From assembly GCF_009914755.1 (NCBI RefSeq), contig NC_060933.1: a stretch of DNA of 64,000 nucleotides. One strand, 5' to 3'. Under the pieces are notes generated by a model. That model did not search any database and was not told where the DNA came from. It worked only from the letters and a program-made list of their open reading frames with translations. This document shows positions 1 through 21,800 of the stretch, one piece after another. Source of the stretch: the human T2T-CHM13v2.0 reference genome, Homo sapiens. The position numbers and the translations under genes are program-made. Position 1 is the stretch's first letter. Each line of letters starts with the position of its first letter.

Positions 1-121
1 ATATATGATGAACTTGGAACATCTTGTCATAGCACACAGCCTCAGAGCCAACTAGAAGGAGCTGACTGAAATGGACTGAAACACAAGCACACCAATCCAT
101 GCACTCATAGTTCTTTTTTAA

Positions 122-454
<333 letters not shown>

Positions 455-1129
455 TAGTGAATTAAACTCGTTATTCTGAAAACTGGTCAAGCAGCAAGTA
501 TTTATACTGCCTTTCCTTTATAAACTATGCTACTGAGTAACCAAATAGTAGTAGAGAATTTTCTCTCTAGAGAAGTATTCCAGCTAACATAAAATGATTA
601 AAGTATCACCATTTTGCTCCCTTTAATGAATTAGTGACTAAGTACAAGCAGCTGTGATTATCAGAAAAAGAAACCAGATACCACGTACCTGCTGCTGCTG
701 ATGGAACATACCACCAACTATAAAATAGTTTTGCCAAAAACAAGTAACAAAAATTTACCTGAATTGGATCAATCCTCTAGTTCCAGGTATCAATATACAG
801 GAAACACACAGAGGACAGAGACACATTCTAAACACCACCAAGGGGATGCAATATCAGCAAAATCCAGACCATGATTAACTCTATAAAACTAATTTTTCAA
901 CAAAAAAATTGCAAGGGAAGAAAATGAGAGAATTCTAGTTTAAAAAGACCTATCAACCAATGCCATTGGGTGGACTACTTTGGATCTTAAGCTGAAAAAA
1001 AGTGTTATGAGATAACTGAAAATTTGAACACTGACTGATATGAAGGGATTATTGGTAACTTTTTAGGTATGACTTATTTTTAAGCTCTTATTTTTTAGAG
1101 ATAGTCACTAACATAGTCACTAACTGAAG

Positions 1130-2945
<1,816 letters not shown>

Positions 2946-2947
2946 CA

Positions 2948-3150
2948 TGCTGTGCAGAAAAGAGTTAACATAGCAGGCATGCTATCCTTCAAAAGACCTG
3001 CTTGCGAGGCTGCCCCTTGGCTGGTATCTAGGAACTTAGATTTTAGGACAGTTCTCATCATTCCCTAATAAAAATGGCTCACTGTTACTAAACCATGTGT
3101 GAAAATGATAAGTTCCTGCCAAACATCCGCTTTCTTTCTGCTTTGTGGCT
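2948..3150. mobile_element. MER21-like LTR fragment
   Basis: tgctgtgcagaaaagagttaacatagcaggc resembles the MER21 terminus (recognised by eye). Confidence 0.55.
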
Positions 3151-3164
3151 ATTGCATCTCAATG

Positions 3165-3430
3165 TACAGCTGACAATTGAACATGAGTTTGAAGTGCACA
3201 GGTCCACTAATTCATAGATTCTTCTCCATCTCTGCCACTCCTGAGAGAGCAAGACAAATCCCTCCTCCTCTTCATCTATCTACTGAGTGTGACGATGATA
3301 AAGATGTAGACCTTTATGATGATCCGTTTCACTTAATGAATAAATATATCTTCTCTTCCTTATGATTTTAGTTTCTTTTCTTTAGCTTTATTGTAAGAAT
3401 ACAGTACATAATACATGTAACATATAATTG
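3165..3430. mobile_element. Tigger2/MER28-like DNA transposon fragment
   Basis: TA-flanked cagctgacaattgaaca terminus and a 'gacctttatgatgatcc' motif. Confidence 0.65.
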
Positions 3431-3439
3431 TAGTTGTTG

Positions 3440-3741
<302 letters not shown>

Positions 3742-4231
3742 TCATTTTTTTTTAAGCACATCTACAGAGGAGGATGGATGGGGGTTGGGGGTAAAAAGAG
3801 GACTTATTCATTTTATTTTAAAGAGTTCTGAATGTTTGGTGTATTTATAACTAGTATATAAAAGTGGTATGTGGTTCGGATCAATCATGAAATGAAAAGA
3901 CAGATGCCAGGAAGATTTACTCAGAATCTGTAAAGACTATTATGCAACACCCCCACCAAATCCCTCCACTCACCCTCTCTCCCATTCCCAGCCCCCACTG
4001 ACAATTCAGCCTGTAGTATTCTAACTACAGAGTGGGGAAAAAAATCATAAATTTTACATTCATAATTGTTCCAGTAACTATCCTCATTAAGACTTTAAGC
4101 ATATTCTAAGAAGTCACAAATTTAGCTTAGAAAATTTGTGTCCCCCTAAATTCAAATAATGCTATCTCCTCTTAATTAGAAATCTCCAATTATTATATCA
4201 TATATTCCAAGTTGCGTAAGAAAAAACTTAC

Positions 4232-4331
4232 CTGCAAACTCCCAGTATTTTATATAATCGGCAGGAAATTTTCGTACTTGCAACTGATAGAAATTCTCTC
4301 TATTTGGAGAGTTGAGCCATTCTTGTGCCAC
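4232..4331 (-). CDS. SETX: Senataxin exon 11 (100 nt)
   Basis: atag|GTG (VAQEWLNSPNRENFYQLQVRKFPADYIKYWEFA); donor CAG|gtaagt; not in the ORF track. Confidence 0.96.
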
Positions 4332-4484
4332 CTATACAAAGCACAAAAGCAAATTAAGAAAGCAACATTCTGGAAAGTGATGCTAAATAGTAACATTTTC
4401 CAAAGTTAAGCAACAGTAAAATCCAGAAGCTAGAATCTAGGTGACAAAAACTAAAAATTGATTCACGGCAGGTTAATACAATTA

Positions 4485-4680
4485 TCTGGAACTGTCCTGC
4501 CCAATTCAGTAGCCACTAGCTACATCTGGTTATTTACATTTAATAAAAATGTTAAAAAATAAAAATTCTGTTCTTCAAACTAGTCACACTTGCAGTGCTC
4601 AACAGCCACCTGTGGCTGCTCCGCTGTGGGCAGATGTGGAGCATTTCCAGCAGTGCATAACGTACTGCTGGACAGCTCCG
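4485..4680. mobile_element. MER3/MER33-like hAT element
   Basis: gtagccactagc...gtgctcaacagccacctgtggct motifs. Confidence 0.6.
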
Positions 4681-5259
4681 GTAGAATGCTACTTCCCAAC
4701 CAGATCAGCTAGCTCACAAGTCCAAAAGGACCTAGATTTGTGGCAGACCTTAGGGATTTCTCACCAACATGTCATCCTGCCAGTTTATAAAATGCTCTAT
4801 ACCCATCTCCCAGTCTGTCAAAGCTCCAAACTCAGAAGTACCCTTAAGGATCTTCTGAGAAATAAGACTATTCCCAATCCCAAATTTAGGAAGACTACTA
4901 GTATAAAAAAGTCATATTAGCTTTCACTTTTTAAAAAACTAACAAATATATTACCTTTTGGGCCCTAAGGAGGGTTTTGTCTAAATGTAACAGTTAGTCA
5001 TTAAGTATTTAAATCAACAAATAGTCTTTCAGTTCCTCTGAAGAAACTTATCCTCAAAGACTATTGGTGTTGAACTGCTTCTGCACTGGTTAACCAACCA
5101 AGACTCCACAAGGGTTATGCTATGGACAGGGGAACAAAACAATACTGAATCTGTGTTATCTGCTAGTAAGGTCAGACTCTGGACCATGATAGTCATGATC
5201 AGTTTGTATCACCCAGAATACCCTACAGTAAGGCAACTCCATAGAATCATCATCAAAAG

Positions 5260-5735
5260 TGCATTTTATGTTCACAGCATTATTTACAATCACCAAAATG
5301 TGGAAACAACCCAAATGTCCATCAGTTGGTGAATGCATAAACAAATGTAATATATCCATACAATAGAATCTCATTTGGCAATAAAAAGCCATGGCCTATT
5401 AATACATGCTACAAGGATAGGCCTCAAAAAGATTACATGGAGTGAAAGGAGCCAGATTCAAGAGACCACATATGTACACTTCTATATACATGACATTTCC
5501 AGAAGAGGCAGATTTATAGACAGACGAGAGATTAGTGTTTGACTCGGGCTAGTGGTAGGAATGAAGAATGACTACCAATGGGCAGAAAGGATTGTTTTAG
5601 GTCAACAGAAATGTTCTAAAACTGGGTTGTGGTGATGGCTATACAACTATAAATTTACTTAAAAAAACCATTCAATTATACACCTTAAAAGGGTATATTT
5701 TATGGTATAGTATACCTTAATAAAGCTGTTAAAAT
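5260..5735 (+). mobile_element. L1MB/L1ME 3' end
   Basis: ggaaacaacccaaatgtccatca ... aataaagctg. Confidence 0.75.
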
Positions 5736-6375
5736 GCATCCTAGTGTGTACAACAAAGATAAAAAAAATGGATCACTAAAATTTTATCACAAGAGATTTA
5801 CCTGAGAGTACCTAGAAGATCCTAGATAGTTCCCATCTTGGAAAAAGGAGGGCAGATACTTTTAGTTTGAAATTATTTGGGCCTAATATTAACTTCTACA
5901 GCAACCCCAGGAGCCAGAGATTAAGTGGATCTCTTATAGTCAAGCTACAATGACCGATTAATGATAGCTGAAATTCTGGAGCTATCAAAGAGAAACTTAG
6001 CTAGGTAAAAAGTCCTAATTAACATATACTCAATATACTACATAATTCACAGGTTTGTGTATTTGATGCAGTTACAGGTTTATCTGTTTCATAACTCATG
6101 TGGCCTTGGGAAATTAAGAAATCATAAATTGCATGAGCTAGTAGTTTCACACTAAATGAAATAACTTCAAAGTACAAACAAGTGTATGTTTGTGGTCCAT
6201 CAGAGCATTATCAAAGTTAAAAGTAATCAACCAGGTTCAGAGGATGAAAAATCATGCAGATGGTTAGAAAACATACTCCTTTCAAAAGGTGTCAGCTGCT
6301 GTAAAAAAAAAAACAATAAAAAGAAAACAAGCTCCCTGAACATAAGAACATTTAGAATACACTGAACAGAGATGA

Positions 6376-7690
<1,315 letters not shown>

Positions 7691-10600
7691 AAAATATTAC
7701 ATTATTAAAACAACAGCTGTTTCACTGGGGAAAAGAAGTTCCTGCAGCACTGGCTCCCAATAACCAAGACTGTCCTTGACTTACATAAGACAGCCAAACA
7801 CAAACCCCAAAACAGACAAAGCAACTGACATTCATCTCCATGTCCTGTCCCCTTTCAATACAAAAGTCTAAGGCAAACTCACTGATTTCTGTCCTGGAGC
7901 CCTCTTCCTTTGAGGACTTAAACTCCTAGAGTTATCCATTTTCTTGCATCAATTTCTTCCTGCCCATTGCTCATTCCCATCAGCATACACACTGAATTCG
8001 CTCTAAGAACACTCTGCCACCAATAAACAAAACCCTTCCTTGTCTCCAAATGACCATTCAGCTTAGTGCCCCCTTTTTCCTGCTCCCAATCAATATGTAT
8101 GTTTTCAAAACACTCCTTCCACTCACTTCTTTGTACATCTGGTTTCCAACTTAACCACTGCTGCACAAAAATTGTCCACCCATCAAACTCAATGATGACC
8201 TCCTTGCTGTTATTCTTCCTTACCCATCTCAGGTAGAGCTAATCCAAATCTCCGGTTCGTGATGCAGTGTCAGGAGTCTATGCAAGGCCCTCATCATTTG
8301 ATTTCTCCTTCGTCCCTGATTCCACTTCCATGACAACCTCCACCCTAGGTATCCACTACAGCTGTGTTAGTATAACCGAAAAATCCAGAAGGGGGGTGTG
8401 TGAGAGATTTAGACAAATGGTAATCTACCATAAACTAGGTGTTTTGTTTTTTCAACCAACTTTTAAGTCTTCTGGGACTGACTCACATAGTACTCTTTAG
8501 TATGTAATGGCTTCATTTTACTCATCCATCCTTTTAACCAGCTCCAACTCTATATCCTATAAATGACATCCTAAGACATAGAACCCTCATAGACAGGCGT
8601 GTATATGTTCTTCTGACGAGGCTACGCAGGAATAAGACTGCTAGATCATAAAGGATCACAAACTTTTGCTCACCTGTTATTTTAACTTCCTTTCCTCCTT
8701 TCAGTAACACTTCATATACTTATTACCACCAAGTTTTCTGCAAACTATTTGTTGTCCATCTTCTACTGATTTCCCTGTTTTTTGCTGTCGATTTACAAAA
8801 GTGCTTTGTGGGTTTTAGCTACTAATCTCTTGCCAGTTTAGGAATGTTTTAAAACTCTCTTCTTCACATCTGTTAACTCCAAATATAGAGTCCTTCACTA
8901 AAAAGACATTAACTTTGACAGAATAAAATCCATTAATATTCATTAATCCATTAATGTGGCTAATGCTTTTTATGTTTTTATGATTACCTTCATCACCTAA
9001 ACTGACATTTTGATATTTTCTTCGTTTAGTTTTACTTTCCAAACATATGTGATTTAACCAAAGTTTATGTGCTATAAAGTACGAATCTTAGCCTAATTTG
9101 CTTTTTCCCCAATGAAGCAGGCCAGTTTCCTCTAACGATCCATCCTTTCCCCACTGATTTGTGATGTCCTATTTATCTCGTTTTATCTAAGATTGACACA
9201 TATGCAAGAAGGAGTTCCTTCTTAGGAGCCAAAGGGTCTCCCACTGTTTCTCCGGGTATCCGCCTGCCCCGTGCCACTCTCGTATGTGTCTATTACTATG
9301 GCTTTGAAACAGCTTCGTAGCAGATAAAGCAACTATCATTCCCCCCATGCCCTAGTTATGCTGTTCTTTTCAAAGTGACTTTATTATAATAGATTTTGCT
9401 TTTCCTTACAAATTATAAAATAAGCCTATCAATCACCTCAAAACAATCCTGCTGGGATTTTAACTTGAACTACATCAAATTTATAAATGAATTCAGAAAG
9501 AAGTCACATCTTTACAATGTGAAGCTATCACATCCATGAACATAGCGCTCTCCATTTTGAACAAGACTAAACATCTTCCTTTATCACCTTTAAAATAGTT
9601 GTAAAGTGTTTTCCATAAGTGTCTCATGCATTCATCATTAGACTAGTTACTAACAGGTGTGCAGTTCCAGTTCCTGTGCTATCTTCTTCCATGTTTCCTA
9701 ACTGGCTACTGCTGCCACAGGGACACTACGTATTTTTTTGCACATCCATCTTGTGCCCAAATATGGATGCTGCTGGGGTTTCTGTGTAGGTCATCTGCAA
9801 ATGATCAGAATCGTGTCTCCTCCAATTATTTCATTGCTCCATTTTTGTCATTTTAATGAACTGTATCACTGAATATCTGTAGCAGCTGTCATCTACAACT
9901 GTTCCATCAATTGTTGCTTCGTACATTTTGAAATTATTATATACATACATGTTCACAATCAATTATATACGCTTGGGTAACTGTTCCTTTCACTGATATC
10001 TAGTGTCTTTGCCCCTCTGAATTGTTCTCATGTTAAAGTAAATGTTGATTGTAAAAGTGCAACTCCAGCTTTCTTTGGTTCATGTTTGTTTGCCGTATCA
10101 TTTTCCTTTTTTTTTTTAAAGGGACAGGGTCTCACTTTGTTGTCCAGGCTGGTCTCAAGCTCCCAGGCTCAAACGATCCTCTGGCCTCTGCCTCCCAAAA
10201 TGCTGGTATTACAGGCATGAGCCACTGTACCTGGCCATCTTTTTCCATTCTTTCATCTTAAACCTTTCTAGCTTTTTTTTATTTCTGGCAGGTAACATTG
10301 TTCCTGGAACTTATGATTTTAAATACATTCTAAAGGTCTCAATATAACTGCTTATGTATACACTTATTCAGTTATATTCCCTTGGCATTAAAAGCCCTCT
10401 CAATCTCAACTCTCAACTCCTTCTCCATTTCTAAGAAAATCTTGGTCTTAATTTATCACTTTTTTCTCTCCGAGATCCTTATTACACATATATTAACACT
10501 TCTCTATCCACTTTATTGCTTTTTCTTGTCTATTTTCTGCTTCTATCCTTTCGTGATAACTTGTGGGAGATCTGAGTGGACATTCTAGCTTGCCTACACG

Positions 10601-12223
10601 TTCTTCAGTTGTATCCACATACTATCCACTCCATTTCCTGAGTTCTCTAATGATTGTGTCCTCTATCCCCAACTAGCTCCTGTTTGTTGTTCTTTATGGT
10701 TTCTCCTTCTTGCTTCATGTTTCTAGCATGCTCTATTTTTTCGAGAATATTTAATATGCTTATAGCTAAATTTTATTCTGACTATTCCAATAATTTTGCT
10801 TTACCTGCTCCATGTTGTTCGGTTTGTTACTTTTCTCTTATAGTGACTACACTCCAGACAGGAAATGCAGATGTTCCCCTCTGAATTCATACTCCCCAGG
10901 GAGACCAGGCACATCAGCTACAAAGGAACACTGCAGGAACAAGGGGCTACAGCCTAGCATCACCTAGCTTTTGTATCTCTACTGATGAGTAGGGTAGAGA
11001 GTCATGGGGATACAACTCTGGGAGTAAGCATTTCAGTATTACAATCTCTAAGTCTACCCTGATACTTACCTTTCTGAATTCTCACTTCCTTGGTTACAAT
11101 AATTCAGCCCTAGGGATGGGAGGGAACAAGTGAACTTTCAAGAACCAAGCAATCCAACTATATCCACTGTTAGTTATTCCTCACAGGAGCTGGGATACAA
11201 TGCCACTCTAATGCTACCCACTGCAGACATGAGCTAGTTCCAACTTTTCTGCCCTGCACCACAAGGTAACATAAGGGTAGTACTCTAGCCCAGGGTAATG
11301 AGGGGAAGAAAAAAGGGGGAAAACCTAAGAAATTCTTTTCTACTTTAATTCCCATCTATAGGAATTCTAGTCTGCTCTACTTACTATTTCCTTCCCATCC
11401 CAAGAACCCAATCACATCCTAGGCTGCCGCACAGTTTCTCACAATATGTATCAGTTTAACATCTTCAACTACACTCCCTGGCTTCAGCAATGTCACTCCC
11501 AAAAGAGAGGGCCATTAGCCCGTGATCATTTGACATCAAGTAAACAGCATCACAATCTAACCAGATGCTTAAGCCAAAAACTTCAGAATCATCCTCCCTT
11601 CTTAACTCCCACATCAGTTCTATCACCAAGTCTTCTAAGTACTCTCTCCAAAATTTACCCCCAATATATTGAATTCCTCTCCATTTCTACAGCTCCCACC
11701 CAAATCAAGCCACCATCACCTTTCTCCTGGGCTACTATAGTAGCCCCTTGACTGGTCAACTGCATTTATGCTTACCTTTCTAAAGATTACTCTCCACAGC
11801 AACAGCAAATGGTGTGTAAAAAACGTAAACTGGTTACTATTACTATTCCCCCAGTCTAAATGACCAACCAAATAAAAATCTTTCAGTACCTTCTCACTGA
11901 ACTGAGAATGAAATAACAACCTGCAGCTTACAGCGCTGTATCTGGCTCTCATTTCTCCAATCTTATTTCATTTCTCTTTACCCCTTATCAGCTACTTCAC
12001 TTCGGCCATACCAGCCTAATCTCTTTCTTCGTTAAGACTCAGTTCCCATCTCATGGCATTACATTCTTGACATTCCACCCCACCTCCTGAACAATACTTT
12101 CTTCTTCTGGATGTCAGCCAGGTCTCAAGAGCAGCCTCCCAATATTGCCACTCACAACAATTCATCATTTCTGCCTATTTGTTTCCTTCACAGAACTGAT
12201 TACAATCTGAAATTAGCCAAAGC

Positions 12224-12265
12224 ATCCATAGCCATACCACCCTAAATTCACCCAATCTTGTCTGA
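12224..12265 (+). pseudogene. 5S rRNA 5' fragment, tailless retropseudogene
   Basis: 32/42 identity to 5S nt 1-42 by hand alignment, mostly CpG-type changes; 14-bp direct repeat TCTGAAATTAGCCA at 12206-12219 and 12261-12274. Confidence 0.85.
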
Positions 12266-12767
12266 AATTAGCCACAGAAATAGAGCCATCTCCCTACTGG
12301 GCACTGAGAATCCAAGTTAGTGCCTAATGGTACTAAGTTAGTGTCTAAGGGTACTCCTTGCCTGCCTGCTCCCTGTCCATGCAACCTACAATGACCTCTA
12401 CACAGGAGAGGCAACAGTAGAGGACTGCAGATAACAGAAAGCATATCTAAGTTTTAAAATAAAAGAGCATTTGCCACAACTGACTGCAAAAAATTGGCCC
12501 CTGGCAAAACAGTGCACATGTATCCAATTAACACTTTTATGTGTTAAATACAAGGATTAAAAAAAAAATTCTTCTTCCCGTCACATCAATATACAAAAGA
12601 CTCATTTCTAAAAGTTGAATCTGTTCTCATTTGTCTTTCGTAAGAGATAATTCTACGTAATGTCACTACATTCCACTTGCAATAAAACATAACCAAATAA
12701 TTAAATCTATGTTTCAGGTTCTAAATAGGATATAAACCAAATTTGGTAACCCCAAAAAAAAAGTCTA

Positions 12768-14383
<1,616 letters not shown>

Positions 14384-14689
14384 CTAATGAAGTGCCAATG
14401 GTCAACAAGCCCACCCTTTCACTCAGAGATTCTGGTGTTTTCATCTTTTATATATATAACAAAATACAGATTATAACTGCACCTAAGCACAAAACCTTAC
14501 CATGAAGAATGAAACTAATGCTGGGTTTTACCCTGCTATGGCGCCCTTCAGATCACGTTTGCCTTCCAGAGTGCAACCATAAAGAGGCTCGTTTTTGTAA
14601 AAGTATCTGAAGATTTCATGTTTTCCTAGGCATCTTTTTTAACCTATTGCTAATCAAATTTATTCTCTTTTTAAAGTAATATTTTTTAA

Positions 14690-15140
14690 ATGGAGACGGT
14701 ATTTCATACAACATAAAACTCACCATTTTAAAGTGTACGTCTCAGTGGTTTTTAGTACTATGGTTTTATTTACTATGCTGTGCAACCATCACCACTACCT
14801 AATTCCGCACCATTTCCATCACCCCAAAAGAAACACTGTACCTATCAGCAATCCCAATTCCCCCCTCCTTCCTTCCCCTGACTACTACTCATCTTTCTGT
14901 CTCTACAGATTTGCCTATTCTGGACAATACATATGAACGGAATCATATAATATGTGACCTTCTGTCCCTGACTTATTTCACTTAGCACAATGTTTTCAAG
15001 GTTCATTAGTGAACACAGATCTTCACTTCTTTTTATGGCTGAATAATATTCCATTCATTGTATGAACAGACCTGTTTATCCATTCATCAACTCACACACA
15101 TTTGGGTTGTTTCCACTTTTTGGCTACCATGAATAATGTT
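14690..15140 (-). mobile_element. L1MB-type 3' end
   Basis: tgtgcaaccatcacc ... tatggctgaataatattcc (reverse L1 3' UTR). Confidence 0.75.
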
Positions 15141-16096
15141 CCAATCTACTCTTTAGTTTCCTGTTCTTAAATGGGAGTAGACCACCAGAAATCATTACCA
15201 CCTGAAAAAAGGAATTAACAGAAAGGACTATAAACACTAAAATGAACAGGAAAAACCAACTGGGGAAACACGAACCATGCAAAAAGAGAAAAACTTTTAG
15301 CAAACTTTAAATTAATCATTAATAAACTTTAGCTAATAAAAAATACCACATCCATGAAATAGAATAAAGGATTATTCAGAGAACAAGAGTTCCAGGAAAC
15401 TAAAAATACGCTAAAAAGGATTCAACGGACTTGGGAGAAAAGTTGAGGTGGCCTCCAAGAAAGGAGAACAAAAAGAAAATGAGATGAAAGATAGAAAAAA
15501 TTAAAGAAAATGAGAAGATTAAAGAAATTCTAAGACATGCAAGATTTCAAAAATGTACCTCTCATATACCCTCTTCTCTGGAAGCCTGAAGGACAGGCCT
15601 CGCTAACATGAGTAACCAAGAAAGATGACGGGGGTGGAGGAGATACAGACCCAACCCAAGGATAAGGACTACTATTTCAGGAATATCATCATGCACCACA
15701 CACAGAACAAATTTATAGATTAACTAACGTACCTGATCATGAGCGATTTAAACATTCAAGAAAAGACATCCTGGCATTAATTTAGTGATAAGTAGAAAAT
15801 TAAATAAACATATAAAACAATAAATCCAAGGAAAACACAGAGTTTGGAAGGAAATGGAAAGGCAATTACAGCATACTACATGGCTTAGCTGAAGATATCT
15901 TTCACATAGTCAAAATAACAAAAATGGATCTAAAAATTTCAAGACAATCCCATAATGAGGATGAGGGAACAGGAAGAGTGTGTGCAAGGGTTGGGCTGGA
16001 AATGGGGGTAGTTCCTGAAGCAGGAAACAGAAACGCCTAAAACTGAAAAATCAAGGAGTTACAATATGGACATGTTATTCAGAAATATGGAAGGAA

Positions 16097-18718
<2,622 letters not shown>

Positions 18719-18800
18719 ACTATACTCTCATTTTCACTCAGCAAGGTAAAGAGGTAACTTGAAAAGTTTGGAGAGGCATACAAATGAAACACATACTTAC

Positions 18801-21800
18801 TGTTTCAAAAGTATTCAATACCATCAAAGGGAAAAAAACATTAAAATAATCTCCATAATTGTGAAATCTGACAGGCACAGGTCTTGAGATGGACTGACAA
18901 AGACTTGCAGGGGGCCCACACTGACCAAAGTTCAAAAACATTTCATATTTCCATTTTAAGACCTCTTTAACGAAGGTGTCAGAGACAGACTGTGATGACA
19001 AAAGAATGTTTACTGGAGAGGAAGATGGAAAATATTTGCTTTCACCAAATGGAACTTTGCAACCTTGCCTGTTGGAATTATTCGGAGACTGAGGATGAAG
19101 AACATTGCACGAATTCTTCATTTCACCAACTGGCTTCTGAGCTATGAGGGGAACTGGCTGTGGTACTTTCAAAATCGACTGTATCCCCTTTGACTTATTT
19201 TTTAGAGACGGTGAAAGTGCTGAAGAAGTTTCCAAAGATTTAGAAAGACCAGCAATTCGTGAAGTACTCTTTGAGCTAAAAATCTTAGTGGTAGGTCTCA
19301 AAGGTTTAGATGCAGGAGGAGGCAAGCCAGGTTTACGAAATACATCTTCATCTGCTGCTTTCACTTCAGAGTGTTTTGGGCAGTATTCACCCTGGTTTTT
19401 TGTGGTTTCAAGACAATCTTTGTACTTACACTTTGTGCCACTCAAAGATTCCAACTGAGGCCGACTTACAGAATCTTCTTCAACCTCAACTGTATCTTTT
19501 CCATGAATTAGTTCAATGAGTTTATAATTGTCATTCTCCATTTGTGAACATAAATCCATATCTTCAGGATCATTTTGGGTTAAAAATAAGTTATCTTCCT
19601 CTGCATCACTGCTGGAGTCAGGCTCTCCTTCTTTCAAAGCTGCCATCTCTATATGACGTGCTGTTGGATCACCTCCACCCAGAGGGTCTTCTGAAGTGGA
19701 GACAATTACTTCATTTGTTGGTACTGTTCCATTTAACACTACAGAATCACACTGGTTCAAAGGGCAAGCATCATCAGTTGCTGGAGACCCATGTTTTGCT
19801 TTTATGGTTTCTGGTTCAGAAGGCATGCATTTTATTAACTGTTTTCTGTTACTGTTGGCAAGTACCTCAGTTCCTCCTGTACAATTATAATCTGACCTAT
19901 CAGATTCTGGTACAAATACGTCAGAATTCTGTGCTGTATGTGACCCTGCTCTTTTAACATCTGTACTTTCACAATCAGAAAGTCTTCGTCTATTTTTTTG
20001 TGATTTGGGTCTGATCTGCCTTTGCATCTGAAGTTCTTGACTAGTCAGAAGTTTCTTATTATTTCTGACAGACAGGTTCTGAGGAGAAATTAATTTAGTC
20101 TTTTTTCGGGTATCAACTACTCCAACAGTTTTGCCATGATCACGTAATTGAGCTACATAATCCAAAGACCGCTGGGACAACTCATATGCCTTACGAGGAC
20201 CCTTTTTCAGGCCAAGTTTCTCAGCTGTTGAAGTTGGCTCAGGACACTGACGAAATTTCTTTGGCGGCACTATAGCAGGAGTTGTTCTACAACTTAGGTA
20301 ATTTGAACTTCTATTCTGTCTTTTTTTGGCATCTGAATGAGTTTTCTTAGGGGTCTTAGAAACTGGAACTTTCCTGATGGGTTCTGTACAAGTACAAAGC
20401 TTTGAAGACTTCTTTTGTGAAACCGTAGTGGCTCTCTGAATACGTGAATTGGGAGTTGAAGTCCTTCTATCAATACTTTTAAAATCATTTCCCACAAGCT
20501 CTCTCTTATTAGTATCAGACTGGCCCTCATTTCTGACAGAAGATGAAGGCCTCACAGGATCTTCAGCCATTGGTTTTTCAGATCGTTTTCTCTTAGGCTT
20601 TTTTACTTCAATTTCACAAAATTCTTCAACAGAAATACTCCGTGGTCTTGTGTGTTCTTCAATGCCCTCTGCTCCTTTTTTAACAACTTCAGATACATAA
20701 TCTGTACAACCCTGACCATTTGTAGTATTGGCTATAGGAGCCAAACATTTTTTCTCACCATCTTGAACTGAATTATTATCGTCTGGATGATCTTGCCAAA
20801 CTGAAAACACTTCAGATGAACTTTCAAACTCAAAACACTGAGAATCAGATTCCTCAAACTGAAAAAGAGTCTCTGTCTTTTCTTCCTTTACTGGATTCTT
20901 TTCCTCCTTACTATTAACTGTTGAAACGTGCTGCTCTGGATGTTCCCTCTCAAGGCATATTTTGTCCTGTTTAGTGAGTTTCTCAAGACTCAGGATTCTT
21001 TCATCATCATCATCATCAGAATCTGAAATAATAATAACCTGTCCACGGGAGGTATCTCCAACATTATTTTGGTTAGCTGTGAAACATCTTTTATCTTCTT
21101 TTACTTTCCTTTGCAGCTGCGATGAGTTCTGAGGTGAATCGGATGGGAACGTAATAACACTGGCTTGAGCTAGTAAAGATAATTTGTGAAGGTCTCTGTC
21201 TATCTGAGAATCCGTTAAGGTGTCAGATTTAGGACTGATGTCAGGGGCCTGTTCTCTTGTCAAGTTAGAATAAATCACACTGGTACTATTACTCATCTCC
21301 TCATCTCTTGATTCAGGTACAGTCATAAGATCTTTAAAGGGAGATGATTTCTTCTCTGAAGCATTGGTCATTTCTGTAAAAGGGATCAATTCTTTACCAT
21401 CAACATGAAATTCCTGTATTTTACAATTGTTTTCATGGAAAGAGAAAATAACTAATTCTTCATTCTTTAATTGTTTCTCTTTTGGCAATACATTGTTTTG
21501 AGATTTTTGTTCTCCATTCTTATCATCCAGAACACCACTAGGGTCTAAAGAAAGATTGTGTATGAAACCATCTCCTTTCTGAACTCCTGTATCTTTCCTT
21601 GAATAGAAACTCTCAATGTTAGATACAGTCAAATTTTCATCTAAATTGATAGTATTATCGACCAAAGTACTCTTCCTGTGTTGCTTCTTTATTACATGTG
21701 ATAACTTTGCACAGATTTCATCTTTCTGTACCTTAGTTTTTCGTTTTGAGGTTTTAGCAAGAGCATCATCCTTTAAAGAGAAATCTTCATTCGATGTGGA

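Noticed and set aside
12001-12015. Second 5S-like match (cggccatacca)
   Set aside because: Only 11 nt, within L2-like sequence, with no TSD
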